Notes: generated by a model from the letters alone, not told the origin. A stretch of DNA of 64,000 nucleotides from Utricularia gibba (GCA_002189035.1 NEEC01000007.1:1054001-1118000), one strand, 5' to 3'; numbered from the stretch's first letter, positions 1 through 12,698 are shown. Numbers and translations are program-made.

Positions 1-518
1 GTTCTTGTTCTTCCATAATAGATTGCTTCTTATCAGAGACGACCTTTTTAAAACTAGGCTGTCCCAGATTTGGGGTGGGCTGTAGAAAACTTGATGCTGG
101 TTTTTCCTCATCTGCTGTCTGAATAAGAGGCTTGTTGAGGAAAGGCAATACGTCATCTGTTCTTTTCCTTAAAATGGAAGACGAAATAAATGAGCTGCCC
201 AGCCGGGACATGGATATTGCCCCCTGATAGGATGAGGGGAGACTACCCAACAGATCCATCGATTGCCTGAAATACCCGATTCCAAAGATGTATCTCAGAG
301 TGCACATCGTGCCGAAGATAACATTATATCAACCTGCTTCCATACCTGTAACTTTGAGGCCAAACAGGTTCCAGGATACTGCCTCTTCTTTGGTGGGAAC
401 CAGCCTCCTCATTCTCACTGGTATCATTGAAAGATTCCGAATCACTTCCTTCTTCATAAGCCTTATCATCTTCATCAGTTTCTATTTTAAAACTCTGGTA
501 AGAATCTGAATAATGCAT
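1..518 (-). CDS. AVT1: Vacuolar amino acid transporter AVT1-like, N-terminal exons (runs off the left edge)
   Basis: ATG at 518 gives an acidic N-terminus MHYSDSYQSFKIETDEDD...WPQSY. A GT-AG intron 345-267 joins it to RQSMDLLGS, reproducing the AVT1A-type WPQSYRQS(M/I)DL motif. Confidence 0.8.
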
Positions 519-1595
519 CCTTCCAAACGAGTTGTTGTTGCTCAAACAAACAAAACAGAAACAGGAGTAAACTTTATTGCCAGAAACTGCGGCTACTTAC
601 CAAAATAGGAGTGCACCTGGTTGGTTGACAGTTACAACCCCCATTTTTAGGACATTAGCCTTACAACATTTTCAGGCATTTATCCATTTTCACAACATCT
701 GAAACTCTATCCAAAATCCTTTACTCCAAATCGTTCAAGATGACCTATGATTTGATCCCTTTAAATAAAAAGTATTGTTCTTTATCCTGTTCAAATTCAA
801 ATACAGACAATTTATTTAATGTCTCAGTGGCATGCACAAAACTGACGTGATCATAGACAGCGTTAAGGTGACTTTGAGTACCCCCATTACAAATGTTAGT
901 CAACTTCTGCACCCAAAACAATAGATTCCCAAAAATATCAGTTCATAAATTTCTGCAGGTTTCTAACCTGGAAGAAGATCAGCCCATCAAGATCTGCATT
1001 GTATCAAGGGCGAAGTTTTCTACGTCCGCTCTTCATCAATTAACGTAACTGACGCTGGAACGTTTACCTACCCTACGCAAAGCAAACCTAAAAAACTACC
1101 CATCTTGGGGTTCCTGTGTTCTGAGCGAATATAGAACTCCGATCTGTCCTTCATCGATCGGTTCAAAGATCAAGCCTTTGACTGATATAGATGAAAATTT
1201 TGATGGTGGTGATAGTATTTTAAATAGGTAGGAAATTGCTGTAAGGGAATTCCAAATTTGGATCTGTAGGGCACGGTTTCGAAATGGGGAGCAGATCTCT
1301 AAGTCAACTCTTTCCGAACAATGGTGCATCACAGAGCGTTGAATCAGAGTCCAGTCTCAAGAGAGGAGACTGGAATCCCCTGCCATTGCCGCATCACAGG
1401 GCGTTGAGTCATTTACACTTGTTTTAATGGGTGATTAGGCAACATCAGTTTTTTTTTTCTTTTTTGATCCAGCATCTTCTCCAGGGCCTCGCTTGAGGTG
1501 TTTCACAGTAACAAAAAGGAACCGCAATGGGGGCAAAGTAATTCCTTTAAGGTGAAAAACTCAAATGCCATAGATTCCTCTGCACCACAAATTTC

Positions 1596-2297
1596 TCAGT
1601 TTCTTCCTGTATTTGCCAGCCATTCTTCAAGTTTTGCCTCTTTATCGGCCTTAAACTCATCGTAATTCGCATACAAGGATACCAACTGTTGATGAGACAA
1701 GTTCTCATCGAGCTGCGATTCTTTGTCTGAAAGTTCCTCAGGAGCCTCACTTGACAGGGGCAACTCCTCAGACTCTGGCTTTGAAGCAGTGAAGGAACTT
1801 CCGAGCAAATGTGCTTCACTAGTGCTCTGGATAATTTCATCAGGTCTCTGTTTTGATAGCTTGAAGAACACAGACGAGAGATAACCGCCATCGCCTTCTT
1901 GTTGCACATCAGCTGCATTTCTTCCCCATGAAGCTGGAGAAAAGAAACTGCTACTTTTTCGAAGAAAACCAGAGCTGGGGCGTTTCTTTTGCTTCATTGA
2001 TATGACTGCAAGGGAACTTTGGATATCTCTGATCATTTCATCTGCAACTGGGAGGCCACATTCTTTCATGGACTTCACCATTGAGATAGAGTCCTCCAAA
2101 TCCTGTGTATGGATAGCTGTATTATCTGACTTCTCGGCAACACTATTCTTGAGATTAACAAGGTTAGGAGCTGCATTCTGAATGTGCTGCTGGACATAGA
2201 AAAGTCCCACAGAGGGCTCATTAGCGACAAATTTTAGCATATCAGCTAAGTTCTCGGCTATTTCTGCAAACCCATCCGCTGCCGAAAAACCTTGCAT
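1596..2297 (-). CDS. BLOC-1-related complex subunit 8 (BORCS8/MEF2BNB-like) plant homolog, single coding exon, 233 aa
   Basis: N-terminal ...DMLKFVANEPSVGLFYVQQH...EDSISMVKSMKECG matches the plant MEF2BNB-like family as recalled. Confidence 0.8.
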   Translation of the reverse strand: MQGFSAADGFAEIAENLADMLKFVANEPSVGLFYVQQHIQNAAPNLVNLKNSVAEKSDNTAIHTQDLEDSISMVKSMKECGLPVADEMIRDIQSSLAVISMKQKKRPSSGFLRKSSSFFSPASWGRNAADVQQEGDGGYLSSVFFKLSKQRPDEIIQSTSEAHLLGSSFTASKPESEELPLSSEAPEELSDKESQLDENLSHQQLVSLYANYDEFKADKEAKLEEWLANTGRN

Positions 2298-3962
2298 GTC
2301 TCTGAAGGCAACAGCTTCTTCATCACTTTACACAAAATGCAGGAAAAAAAAAAAAAATACAGCATGAGTAACTACTAGACCAGCAAAGGAAAAAAAATCG
2401 CAATTGAATCAATATACGAACAGCCACTATTCAAAGTAAGGCCTTTACTTGCACGAGATGAACTACATAACACAAAATTAAAACTTCCAGGATAGAGGGT
2501 CATACTTGAACATAGAACATGCATCTACCGATGATCACAACCTGCAGACCCGCAATAGCTGAGAGCCAACGAAAAAACCTGAAAGTTCATTTAAAAAGAA
2601 ATCATAACCGAGAACTAATCATAGGTCGAGAAACATTCTAAGTACCAGGAACAAATTAATATGAAAAACTATCGAGAAACATCAAAGACGTTAAACTGCA
2701 TAAAAGACATCAGCGCCGCCCAACATCATCAATTGCACTGTTTCAGAAGGTCAATTCTTTAACGTGTTCCCTGATTAGAAGCTCAAATTTCAGATGAAAG
2801 GATCTGATTTTTAGCATGATGCAGCGATTCCAGTGCAGAATTTTTCTGAAGCTCAATTCTTACCATGCTCCCTAGTGATTAATGAGAAGCTAAATTTCAG
2901 ATGAAAAGATTTGATTTTCAAGTCTGATACATCAACCCACATGTATGAATAACTGAGAATCCTCGCCAAAAAAACCAAACCCATCATTACAATCGCCCGG
3001 AAATTGTTTGAGAAAGATTCAGAAGACTCCAAATACCTTGTCCAGACGAAATAAATCCGTGTAAGACGTAGGCTGATCGCAGCTTGGCTCACTGTTTCCC
3101 AAGCGAAATTGGGCACCAGGGTAATAGAGAAGATTTTATTTTGACCTAACTACGGAGTAAAATAGCCTCGTCAATCTCTGTCCCAACCGAAACAGCCTTT
3201 GGATTAGTTCTTTGAAAGCATGATACTGGATCAAATCCGCACCAAATTCGGAGAAATCCCGACGAAACCTAACTTCGCCCGCTTTCAATAATCGGATCCG
3301 GATTCGGATCCTAACTAGAATCACTGACGCTTCAAAGGAAACCGTAGAACTTTTTTGACAAGATTTTGACCTTCAGAGGGTGAAACCAAAAAAGATGTCA
3401 ACTTCGGTCGATCCAACTGATGATAAAAGTTCTCTTTTTTAGCAGTGAAAAAACTGAGCTGAGTACAACTGAGCTACGAGCGAGGAGACCAGGCTGACGA
3501 CGAGACGAACGGGAGAAATCCCGCGCCCTCCTTTCTCGCCACATAGAATGAGAAACCGACTTCATCAATGTTACCGGTTCCCTTGCCGGGATCCCACCCG
3601 TGTCTCCGATATACTTTCGCAGCCTCAACTTTTTCTAGGAATGATTAAGATAAAACCATTTTTTACCCGCGTTAATTCCACTTCTGTTGAAGAGTAACGC
3701 CAACCCTTCTCAGTCTATGGTAATGTTGCTTCGTTTTCAAACGAACTGAAGGGTGATTCACAGGAAGCGGGAGGTTTCCGGCCAGGAAACTACGCTTATT
3801 CACAAAATAGTTTAAATGAAAGGACCTTTCTCCGCATGACAAGGGGAACAGTGCAGGCTACAATTATATTGCATATCTAATGAGAAGAGTTGTGCTACAA
3901 TCTACAGATGAGGAGAAGCCATATGAGGTGCATATGCCAGGCAACCATGCAACTGAGACTAT

Positions 3963-4571
3963 CTAGTCATAGAGCCCCTCGTCGTGCCAAATATCGACTA
4001 AAAAGTCTACCATCTCCTACGAAAAGAAGCACTTGAGCTTGGTATGTACGACCAAACAAACAAATAGGTGTATATAGGATGTATTTGAAGCATCTTACAG
4101 GTAAAGGGATTGGCTGTGGGAAAGCATCAGTGTCTGAGAGAAGATCATCATATGTTACTGACCAGCTGAGAGTGAAAACAGTAACGGATCAATCCATTGT
4201 TTGGAGGGGGGTGATTTAATTCATATAAACGGTGAATAGACCAAGTGAGCTACCTTATGACTGGATCCTTGGGCATTTTCTGTGACTTTTGAGTTCGACT
4301 ACCGGTCCATCTTCGTCTGCTCTCTTCCCATTCTGTTGCAGCTGCACAGAAAATCCCCATCAACATATAGATATACATATTTAAACACTAGCGAATACCT
4401 TTTATCTTTAGACGAATTTGGTTTCTACGTGTGTAGAATAATACCATGATTTGCAAACAAGCAGTTGCTTGTTTTCGTTTCTGCCTTCTTGCCCTGTTTA
4501 CCGGCTGTCACAGAATTCTCTGAGAGCCATTTCTGGTTGCCTTGGAAATTTCTATTACTAACTTCAGTCAT
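3963..4571 (-). CDS. DUF4050-family protein, about 96 aa, 5 coding exons
   Basis: Manual splicing gives MTE|NSVT...LFANH|AATEWEESRRRWTG...DPVIS|WSVTYDDLL...PQPIPLP|EMVDFLVDIWHDEGLYD*. The C-terminus is the DUF4050 signature and all introns are GT-AG. Confidence 0.88.
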
Positions 4572-4892
4572 GATGCTGACCAAAGAGCATCCCACCAGCT
4601 ACTTTGATGACGACCTTGGGAAAGTCAAGCGAGAAATACAGGCTTCTAGCCTACAAAAAACTTCGCATGTTGTTGGAAATTCTCTGCTCAACAAGAAAGA
4701 CCAGACAAACTCATTCGACAAAACAAGAAAAAGCATTTTCTAGAGAGGAAACATTCCACACATTCAACAGCTGGATCCGGTATCAACCGCAACAGAAAAA
4801 CAAAGAAAGCAGGGGTTTTTAGAAGCTTCGGGTGACAAATCAACGAGAACCCAACAGGGGGAATCATCAAGAGCAAGTTCACTTGATAGCAT
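4564..4892 (-). promoter_or_regulatory. Upstream ORF overlapping the DUF4050 start codon (minimal MLFGQHHD*, possibly a spliced peptide of about 63 aa)
   Basis: Exon starting at 4650 reads ARSLYFSLDFPKVVIKVAGGMLFGQHHD*. Its TGA (4566-4564) lies inside ATG-ACT-GAA of the main ORF. The upstream ATG at 4892 joins in frame only through a weak GCG|GTTGAT donor. Confidence 0.5.
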
Positions 4893-5695
4893 TTCACTCC
4901 TGTGTGTCCCTAGTTGCACAAAGCAGAATGCCAAATTCTCACCGTTCACTGCACTTTTTTCTGGAAATCACAATCCCCAGCGTTCCAATCCGCCGATTCC
5001 AACACACAATCATTAGCGTCGCAAAACCCAGATGTGAAAAGGGGAGCACGAAAAAGAAAAACAAAAGAACCACCATATACACAGAAGAGCAAAAATAAGG
5101 AAACCAAAAGCAGAAAAAAACAAAAGAATAATGGAAATGCATACCCCTGAGATTTAAACGGTGGCTGCTACAGCGAGAGAAGGAAGCTGTGAGCGAGAGG
5201 GGGTTTAAATGGAAAACGTAGCGTCGGGTACTCAAAAACCGTAGCTTTGCCGAAGGTGATACGGATCCACCATCGCCACTAAGAATTGAGCGCTTCCACA
5301 GATATTTTCATACAATTTCCTCGCCCCCGTGCGACTTGCGAGTGCTCATTCTCCGCCGTTAAACGTGGTCACTGCTCGAGGCGCACGCGGACCGACCACA
5401 ACAAAGAACACCCCACCAAGAGATGATGTGAGTTGTAGGAGAGGACGCCTTCCGACAGAATTTTAATATAATTTCTATTAAAAATTCGATTTTTTAAAAG
5501 AAAATAAAAATGCGAACAATTATATTTTTAAAAGATTAATTTCCTCTTAAAAAAATGCTTTTCTATCCCACCCGCCCGACACAGTACCCGACCCAATATC
5601 TGCCACTCTCTCTTCATGTGTACTTTCATTCTCATTTTTGAGTTCTGCCAGTTTGTTGCAATTTCTACTTGTTGAAGGATTTGGTGAATGAGGAA

Positions 5696-8600
5696 ATGGT
5701 CAAGGAGAAGGGCAAAGAAAAGCTAGAGGATTCGGGAAAGGGGAAGAGGAAATGGGGTGGCAACAACAATTTGGACGAAGATAAAACGGGCGGGAAGAGG
5801 AAAAGCCGGGGCTTGCTTCAGTTCTTTGACGACGAGGCTTACCAGGTGGATGAGGACGAGTATTCTAGCGACGATTCTATGTTCGATCTTGAAGGTAAGG
5901 GTTTATTCCAAGAAACGAGGACCAAGATTTTGCGGGTTCTGTTTTGTGGTTTTATGATTGATTGATGTTTTTTTTTTTTTTTTGCCTGTTGTAGTGTTGC
6001 ACTCGGCGCTTCCTTTTCGTTTTCCTTATCTGTTTTTTTTTTTTCTCTGGGGTTTGGGCTTCGTTTATTTTCCGTGTGTTTAATCTTATGTAGTTAAGTT
6101 AAATGGGTCGCTGATAAACGATGTTTCGCAGTTTAATTTTTCGTTCATGTTTTCGTATTGTATTGCATGAGGGTTTTGGGCTTGATTTTTTCACTGCGAC
6201 CATTTGTTCTTCTACCTTGGTGCAGATTTTTTTGATGATGACTTCACCTCTGAGTTAAACGCCTTACAAAATTGTGGAAAGGTTCCTCCGCCAGTTACTC
6301 CGAAGGAGGAGGAAATGGGTGAAGAGGAGTTTGAGAGAATGATGATTGAGCGCTACAAACCTGGTTCTGATTTTGTCACTCATGCAGCAGATTATGAGGA
6401 CAAGACTTCCCCAAACAGTGATATCTTTACGCCCTCTGCCAAGGATCCTAATATATGGAGAGTGAAATGCATGGTACTTGTTGTAATTGTACCTCATGCC
6501 TTTGCCAAATAATGTGAATAAGCTTATGCCTGTTTTTTTTTTTATAAATCTGTGCATAGGTTGGGCGTGAGAGATATTCAGCAATATGTCTTATGCAAAA
6601 GTATGTTGAACTTGAAAAAATGGGGAGCAAGCTGCTGATAATATCTGCATGTGCCCTCGATCACGTTAAAGGATTTATTTTCGTAGAGGCTGATCAGCAA
6701 AATGATATATACGAGGTCTTTCATTTTTTCTTCCAGTCCTTGATATGTTTGGACATCTGCCCTTATTTGTTGTTGGGGCTAGATAATTTTTGGGGTTCTG
6801 ATTGTAGGCATGCAATGGAATGCCTACTATATATTCAAGTAAGATGGCTATTGTCCCACGCAACGAGATACCTCGCTTGTTCTCTGTTAGGAACACGTCC
6901 TGCGCTGTAGCTGAGGGTGCGTGGGCCCGCATTAAAAGTGGGAGGTATAAAGGAGATCTTGCTCAGGTATCTCGCACTGTATATGTGTAACTTGTCTATT
7001 GTCCTAATCTTGGTTTAATTTTTTTTATTATTACTGTATCCTAGTCACGGTGCTCAAACATTTAATCCTTTGAAACCCCTGATTCAACTTGTAGGTAGTA
7101 TCACTGAATCATAAGCAGAAGAAGCAGAAGAAAGTTACAATAAAACTTGTTCCGAGGGTAGATCTAAAGGCGTTGGCTGCAAAATTTGTAAGCTTCCCTT
7201 AAGTTATCATAGTAAGCGTGCCACTTTTTTTTTTTTTTTTGCTGATCGACTTCATGGTTTCCTCATTGTAAAGAAACTGCACGTATGCACTGTGTAATTA
7301 TTTTTAAGTTTTTACTTACTGTCTACTCGTATGCAGCTTGTTGGAGCTCTGTGTCTCTCTTTTCCCTCTATGTGGTGGAAGTCTATATTTTTTTATGGTT
7401 TGCACCTGTAGGGTGGAGGACTTCGGGCTCAAAAGAATACCATTCCACCACAGCGACTGATCAGCAAACGCGAGCTTGAGTAAATCAACAAGCCTGCTTG
7501 TCTTTATTTCTCTTTTTTAGTGTTATATGGTTTACAGAGATGTTTTGTGATTCTTTTTTAGAGAGTTTCGGCCACTTATCCACCATCGGCGTGATCCTGA
7601 AACTAATCAAGTTTTTGAGATTCTCGATGGAATGATTTTAAAGGATGGTTATTTATACAAAAAAGTGTCTTTAGATTCATTGATATTTTGGGGCGTAAAA
7701 CCAACTGATGATGAGCTAGTGAAGTTTGAGCCTGCTAAAGAGGTGAACAAAGAAGACGCACAGTGGCTTTCACAACTTATGAAAAAGGTTAACAAGGTTA
7801 TCACGAATGATAAATTTGGAAAATCAGGTGGGGCATCTAGTTCTGGAACTGGACCTGATGTTGTGATTGAGGATTTAGTATTTTTTGGGTAGGTATTGTG
7901 TCTTGCCTCACATTTTATAAATACTATGTTTATTCACATAAATTAAGTTATGAATTCATTTGGCAGTCGGAAAGATTTTGGTATTGTCATTGGCCTGGAG
8001 AAGGACAACACTTTCAAGGTATGAACATTTTCTGGTATAGATCTTTCTACCCTCCATCTTTACATTGTCTTTTCTTTGTTGTCCTTATAGGTTCATTTTT
8101 ATTGATTAATTTGTTCAGGTCATGAAAGCTGGATCCGAAGGACCAGTGATCATTAATGTTAAACGAGGTGATATGAAGATTGCATCTTTTGATGAGAAAT
8201 TATTCTCTGTCTCAGATCAACACTCAAATCCAATATCAGTGAATGATACTGTTCGTATTTTGGATGGCCCATTCGAGGTTTGTCAAATTTAAAAAGTAAC
8301 TGAAAATTCTCAACTTACTGAATGGCAAATTTCTTTCGAATGCTTGACAGGACAGGGAAGGCATTATCAAAAAAATCTATAAAGGAATTCTTTTTTTATT
8401 TGATAAACCTGAAGAGGAAAATGGTGGTTATCTCTGTGTCAAAGCAAATATTTGTGAGAAGCTAAGTCTTTCTTGTGATGCCTCAACTGGAAAGGTTAGG
8501 AATAGTAGTTTTAGTTCTGAAAATTTATTTAGTTTACGTGTTCAGAGACCTTTATAATTGGGTCTCAGGGCGACCGAGGCTCTTCAGATTCCATGGATGT

Positions 8601-11600
8601 GCCATCTCCTAAAACACCTTTATCTCATGACCAATCCTTCCAAGATCAAGAGAACAAGGGAGTCAGCTGTATGTTTTCGATCAGAATTTGCCTACACTTA
8701 CGCTTGAATTAGAAGAAACTTCAAATCCTAATATTTTTCAGTGGCATTTCTGTGTCTATTCATGCAGCTGCACGTCATGATAATGAAATGTTCTCTGTTG
8801 GCCAGTCATTGAGGATCTGTGTGGGGCCCTTAAAGGGTTACCTGTGTCGTGTATTGGCTGTTCGCCGTTCTGATATTACTGTGAAGCTTGACTCGCTACA
8901 TAAAATCCTGACTGGTGTGATTTTCAAGACTTTAATCTTGGTGGTTAACTTCACTTCAATCAGTGACTTGTATTTCTAATGCTTATAGTAAAATCTGATC
9001 AACTGTCTGAAGTACGTGGAAGAAACTCTGCCATTGCTCAGGGGTACTCATTGACTTGAACGACTCCTTACCTTTCTGTAAGATTTCGAATGTTATAAAA
9101 GCACTTATTTTGATACAGGGAGAATCTGGAGAGCTTAAAATCATTTGATTTTCTCAATTCAGAAAACGGGACAAGTGGTAAGGAATCACTTCAGGGGTTC
9201 AATGCGTCCTTCTTTGATTCTGAATTCAGAATTTCATGTTTTTGCTTGTCTTTCATGCTTCTGACCATCAAAATTAATTTGTATGCATACTGAAGGATGG
9301 ACAGGGACAACAATCCCTTCTGGAGATGATCCATGGAATGCAGGCCGATCTACAGAAAGGTGTGTCGTTTTCAGTTGATTAGCTTTTAATAGGGAGGTCA
9401 ACTTTGGTATGCATAAGGAGTTAATAATGAAATAATCTGTTTGCAGAACATCTTGGTCAGATTTTCCTTCATCTAACGTCTCGGTAGGTTCCACTGGAAT
9501 TCTGTCTATGTCATACCTGGGTTTGTATTGGATTTTTATTTTCGAAATTTTGTACAGCTTTCAAAAGAAGCTGGATCTAATGATTGTGAGAATGCTGGAA
9601 AAGAAAATTCTTCTTGGCAAAGCACAAAAACTGCAGATCAGGATGCATCCTGGAATTCAGCTGGTAATAGCACCTGGGGTCAGGCTGCTCAGAAGATTTC
9701 GGAAGATGTTGTTCCCATGACTTCCTGGGCCTCAGGCGGAGCGTCTCTGGTAAAAAAAAATGATTGTTCAACTGCTGGTAGTGCGGGTTTTGTTAAACAT
9801 GGGAATAGCTCATGGGAGAAAGATGATGCATCAGCTGGTGGTAGCTCATGGGAACATGCTGCTCAGAATTCTTCGGGAGTTGGAAATAGCTCATGGGAGA
9901 AGAATGATGCATTGGTTAATTTTACACAAGTAACACAGCAGGAAGGTTCTGCCACAGTTGGGAAAAAGTGGGGCAATAGCTCTTCTCTGCAAGGTGGAAG
10001 TGGAACAATCCAGAAGGACGGTGTGAATGGTGGTTGGACGAAGTCATCTATTTCTTGTGGTTCTGTCTCTAAAAGCTGGGGTTCTGGAAAAGCATGTGGG
10101 GATAATGGCAGTTGGAGCAAACCAAAATCTGAGGTTTTTGACTGTGGAGCTTCATGGGGTAATCAGAATTCGAAATCGTCATGGGAAAGAACTGAAGATG
10201 TATTGACTGAGCATGAGGGTGGCTCCTCATGGAGCAAGAATGAGGACAGGTCATCTTCTCCTTGGAAATCAGCTCGTGAAAAGCCACCGGATGGAAATGC
10301 TGAGGTAAATACTAAAGGTCGGAATGACACATCGGGCAATTCGGAACACACAGGAGATCAAGGAGATAGTGGCTGGGGTGGAGCTGGTAAGGGAATAAAT
10401 GATGCACAATGCATTGATACAAGTTGGGGAGGGTCAAAGCCGTCTAGTGATGCTAAAAGGATTAGTGAAGACCACCTCACCGAGGATGGCCAGCCCGATA
10501 GCTGGAGTAGAGGAAAGTCTGATTCTCATGGCATTGTGTCTTGGGGAACAGCTGAAAGTTTATCTTCTGATAAGCTTTCATGGGAGAAGCAACCCGACAC
10601 AAATGCTGGAGGCAAAGCTAAGGGATGGAAATCTACAGGTGAAAATTCGAATTCTCAGTGGGGAGGCACTAATCAGTTAAGTACTTGGGCTAATGCTACT
10701 TCAGCTTGGGTAGTAAAAGTTCCAGTATTTTAGGTGAAGGAAATGCTTCTAACAAGAATAAGGAATCAACATCGAATGATGTTAGTGAAAGAAAAGGTGG
10801 TTGGGGCCAAGGTAACTTTTCTAAGAGCAGAACCAATGAAACTGGCTCGAGCAATGACTCGTGGAGTGCCAAGGGCAATTGGAGCTCCGGAAATGGTTTT
10901 GGTGGAAGATGTGGAAATGGGCGTGGCTTCCATGGGGCTAACCGTGGTGGCTTCCAGGGGAGGGGTGATCGCGGCCGCTTTCGAGGTAGGGGTGACCGTG
11001 GTGGCTTCCTAGCTAGGGGTGGTCGTGGTGGGCTCCAAGGTGGAGGTGATGGAGAAAGGTCCCGTGGCAGGGGTGGTCGTGGAGGCCGAGGCCGTGGTGA
11101 CTGGAGGAATACTGGAGATAATTCAGACGTGGACAACTCCCGTAGCTGGGGTAACAACTCAAACATTGGCAAGGAGGGATGGAAACGTAATGACGTTGGA
11201 GGCAGCTGGGGTAAAACTGGTGGTCAGAGTTGGAGTCAGCAACATAGAAGTAGTTGGAACACTGAAAGCTCTGAAAAAGGCGCCTTGAAGAGTTGGAATT
11301 CAAGTGTACCAGCTGCAGGTGAAAATGGCACGGAATCAGTTAATGCTGCAGCAGGGAATACGGCAGGAGCCAGTCCCTCGGAATCAGCCAACTCTGAAAA
11401 AAGAGAATCTGGTAGTTTGCACTATGAGCTTGTATATAACGAGCTGACTTTTTTGTTGAATATAAAAACCTCACACTAACAAGATTCTTATTATGATGAT
11501 CAGATCATTCAAAGGAATTAGATGACTCATTGTCATGGAGTAAAGCGAAACTTTCCGATATGGGTAAGAAACAAGATGCCTCTGATGGATGGGGAGCAGG

Positions 11601-11844
11601 CGGGTCTTCTAGCAAGGAGAAGAAACTATCTGATGCTTGGGGTATGAAACCGGCTGTCGCTGATGGATGGGCAGTAGGTGGATCTTCCGGCAAGAAAGAA
11701 AAACCATCTGATGCATGGGTTGGTAAAAGTGATGCCTCTGATGGATGGGGACCTGGCGCATCTTCCAGAAAGGAGGAAAAACAATCCGATGCATGGGAGC
11801 AGGCTTCACAAGGCGCTTGGGGCAGCAGCAAAGGAGGTTGGTGA
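5696..11844 (+). CDS. KTF1: SPT5-like / KOW domain transcription factor 1 (RdDM effector): NGN and KOW domains, RGG stretch, WG/GW AGO-hook tail; apparent 1-nt frameshift at 10708-10710
   Basis: Spliced exons give EEEFERMMIERYKPGS, DPNIWRVKCM, DHVKGFIFVEAD, WARIKSGRYKGDLAQ, IKLVPRVDL, DGYLYKKVSLDSL. About 20 WG/GW dipeptides were counted by eye in the C-terminal exons. Confidence 0.93.
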
Positions 11845-11959
11845 TAGGTCTCGGCAGGTAATCAATCCAGGCACCCATTCTTGATTGCAGTATTTTTCTA
11901 GCGTTAGACCTGGTTTATGCACTGATTTAAAATCGGATTCTAGATGTTTTGCTTGTGTA

Positions 11960-12698
11960 AACAAAGAGGGATTGTTTACTTTCTCAGCGAAACTGCAGTA
12001 ACAATTTGAACTTGTACACCATCATAAAACCTGCCTGTTTTGTGCATGCTGAAGGAGAGTTTATTGTGTGGCCAGCTGGAATCAACCTCATGCTTTGACT
12101 AGGCTTACCTTGTAATGCATATCAGTGCAACTACTTCCATCTCGTCTGCTACCACAGTAAATTGTCATGTACATGAATTGTCAGGTTGATGCTTGTGTCC
12201 ACTTTCAAATCGCAGTTCTCCCCTCTGAAACTGCAAGTCGATGCTCACCTACAACTTTCGAGTTTCCGTACATTGCAATTGATTCCCTGTTTCCCTCCAT
12301 GCAGGTGCTCGGGCGAGTTGGCTGCCGTGGGTACCCTGAAACTCACTCACCATGCTGCTGCAACTGGTTCACCAACTTATTTTTCCAAGTTCAGTCGAGT
12401 GGGCTGGATGACTTCCCTTCTCGAGGAAGGCGAATCCTGAACACCCCTTTGTGCAAGTGGAAAGTGCAGGAGACAGCATACCTGACCCCCACCCTCTTAA
12501 CTCTTATGCTCCCTACTTCCCGAATCATGTGTTCTGGATTTCATCTGTGCCGGTTCACATTGTTCTTCTTCTCTTATATTTGCTATCAAATGGCAGCAAG
12601 ATCTCATGGTTGATATGGCATTACCATGCCACCACAGAGATTATTTTGCACTTGAAGTTCAAGAATACCGAGATGAAGGAGCTCTAAGCAGGAATAAG
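11960..12698. other. Unidentified exon-like/relic block downstream of SPT5L; source of co-duplicated copies at about 16964-17054, 19830-20246 and 24690-25425
   Basis: The same sequence recurs upstream of each WSD copy. It has splice-like GT/AG contexts and protein-like fragments broken by stops and indels. Confidence 0.55.

Noticed and set aside
3418-3475. TGATGA...CTGA pattern suggesting a box C/D snoRNA
   Set aside because: Too short, no terminal stem, and it lies opposite the BORCS8 leader/promoter.
10710-10733. 24-nt GT-AG micro-intron in SPT5L
   Set aside because: Removing it, or the 21- or 15-nt variants, keeps the wrong frame.
10696-11172. 158-aa Pro/Arg-rich minus-strand ORF
   Set aside because: Antisense shadow of the Gly/Arg-rich SPT5L exon.
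12167-12613. 148-aa ORF downstream of SPT5L as a gene
   Set aside because: Not preserved in frame in the paralogous copies, with no recognisable domain; treated as part of the relic block.
12670-12687. GATGAAGGAGCTCTA resembles the 3' part of miR159
   Set aside because: It needs two indels to match, and no convincing star arm or miR159/319-type fold-back was found upstream.
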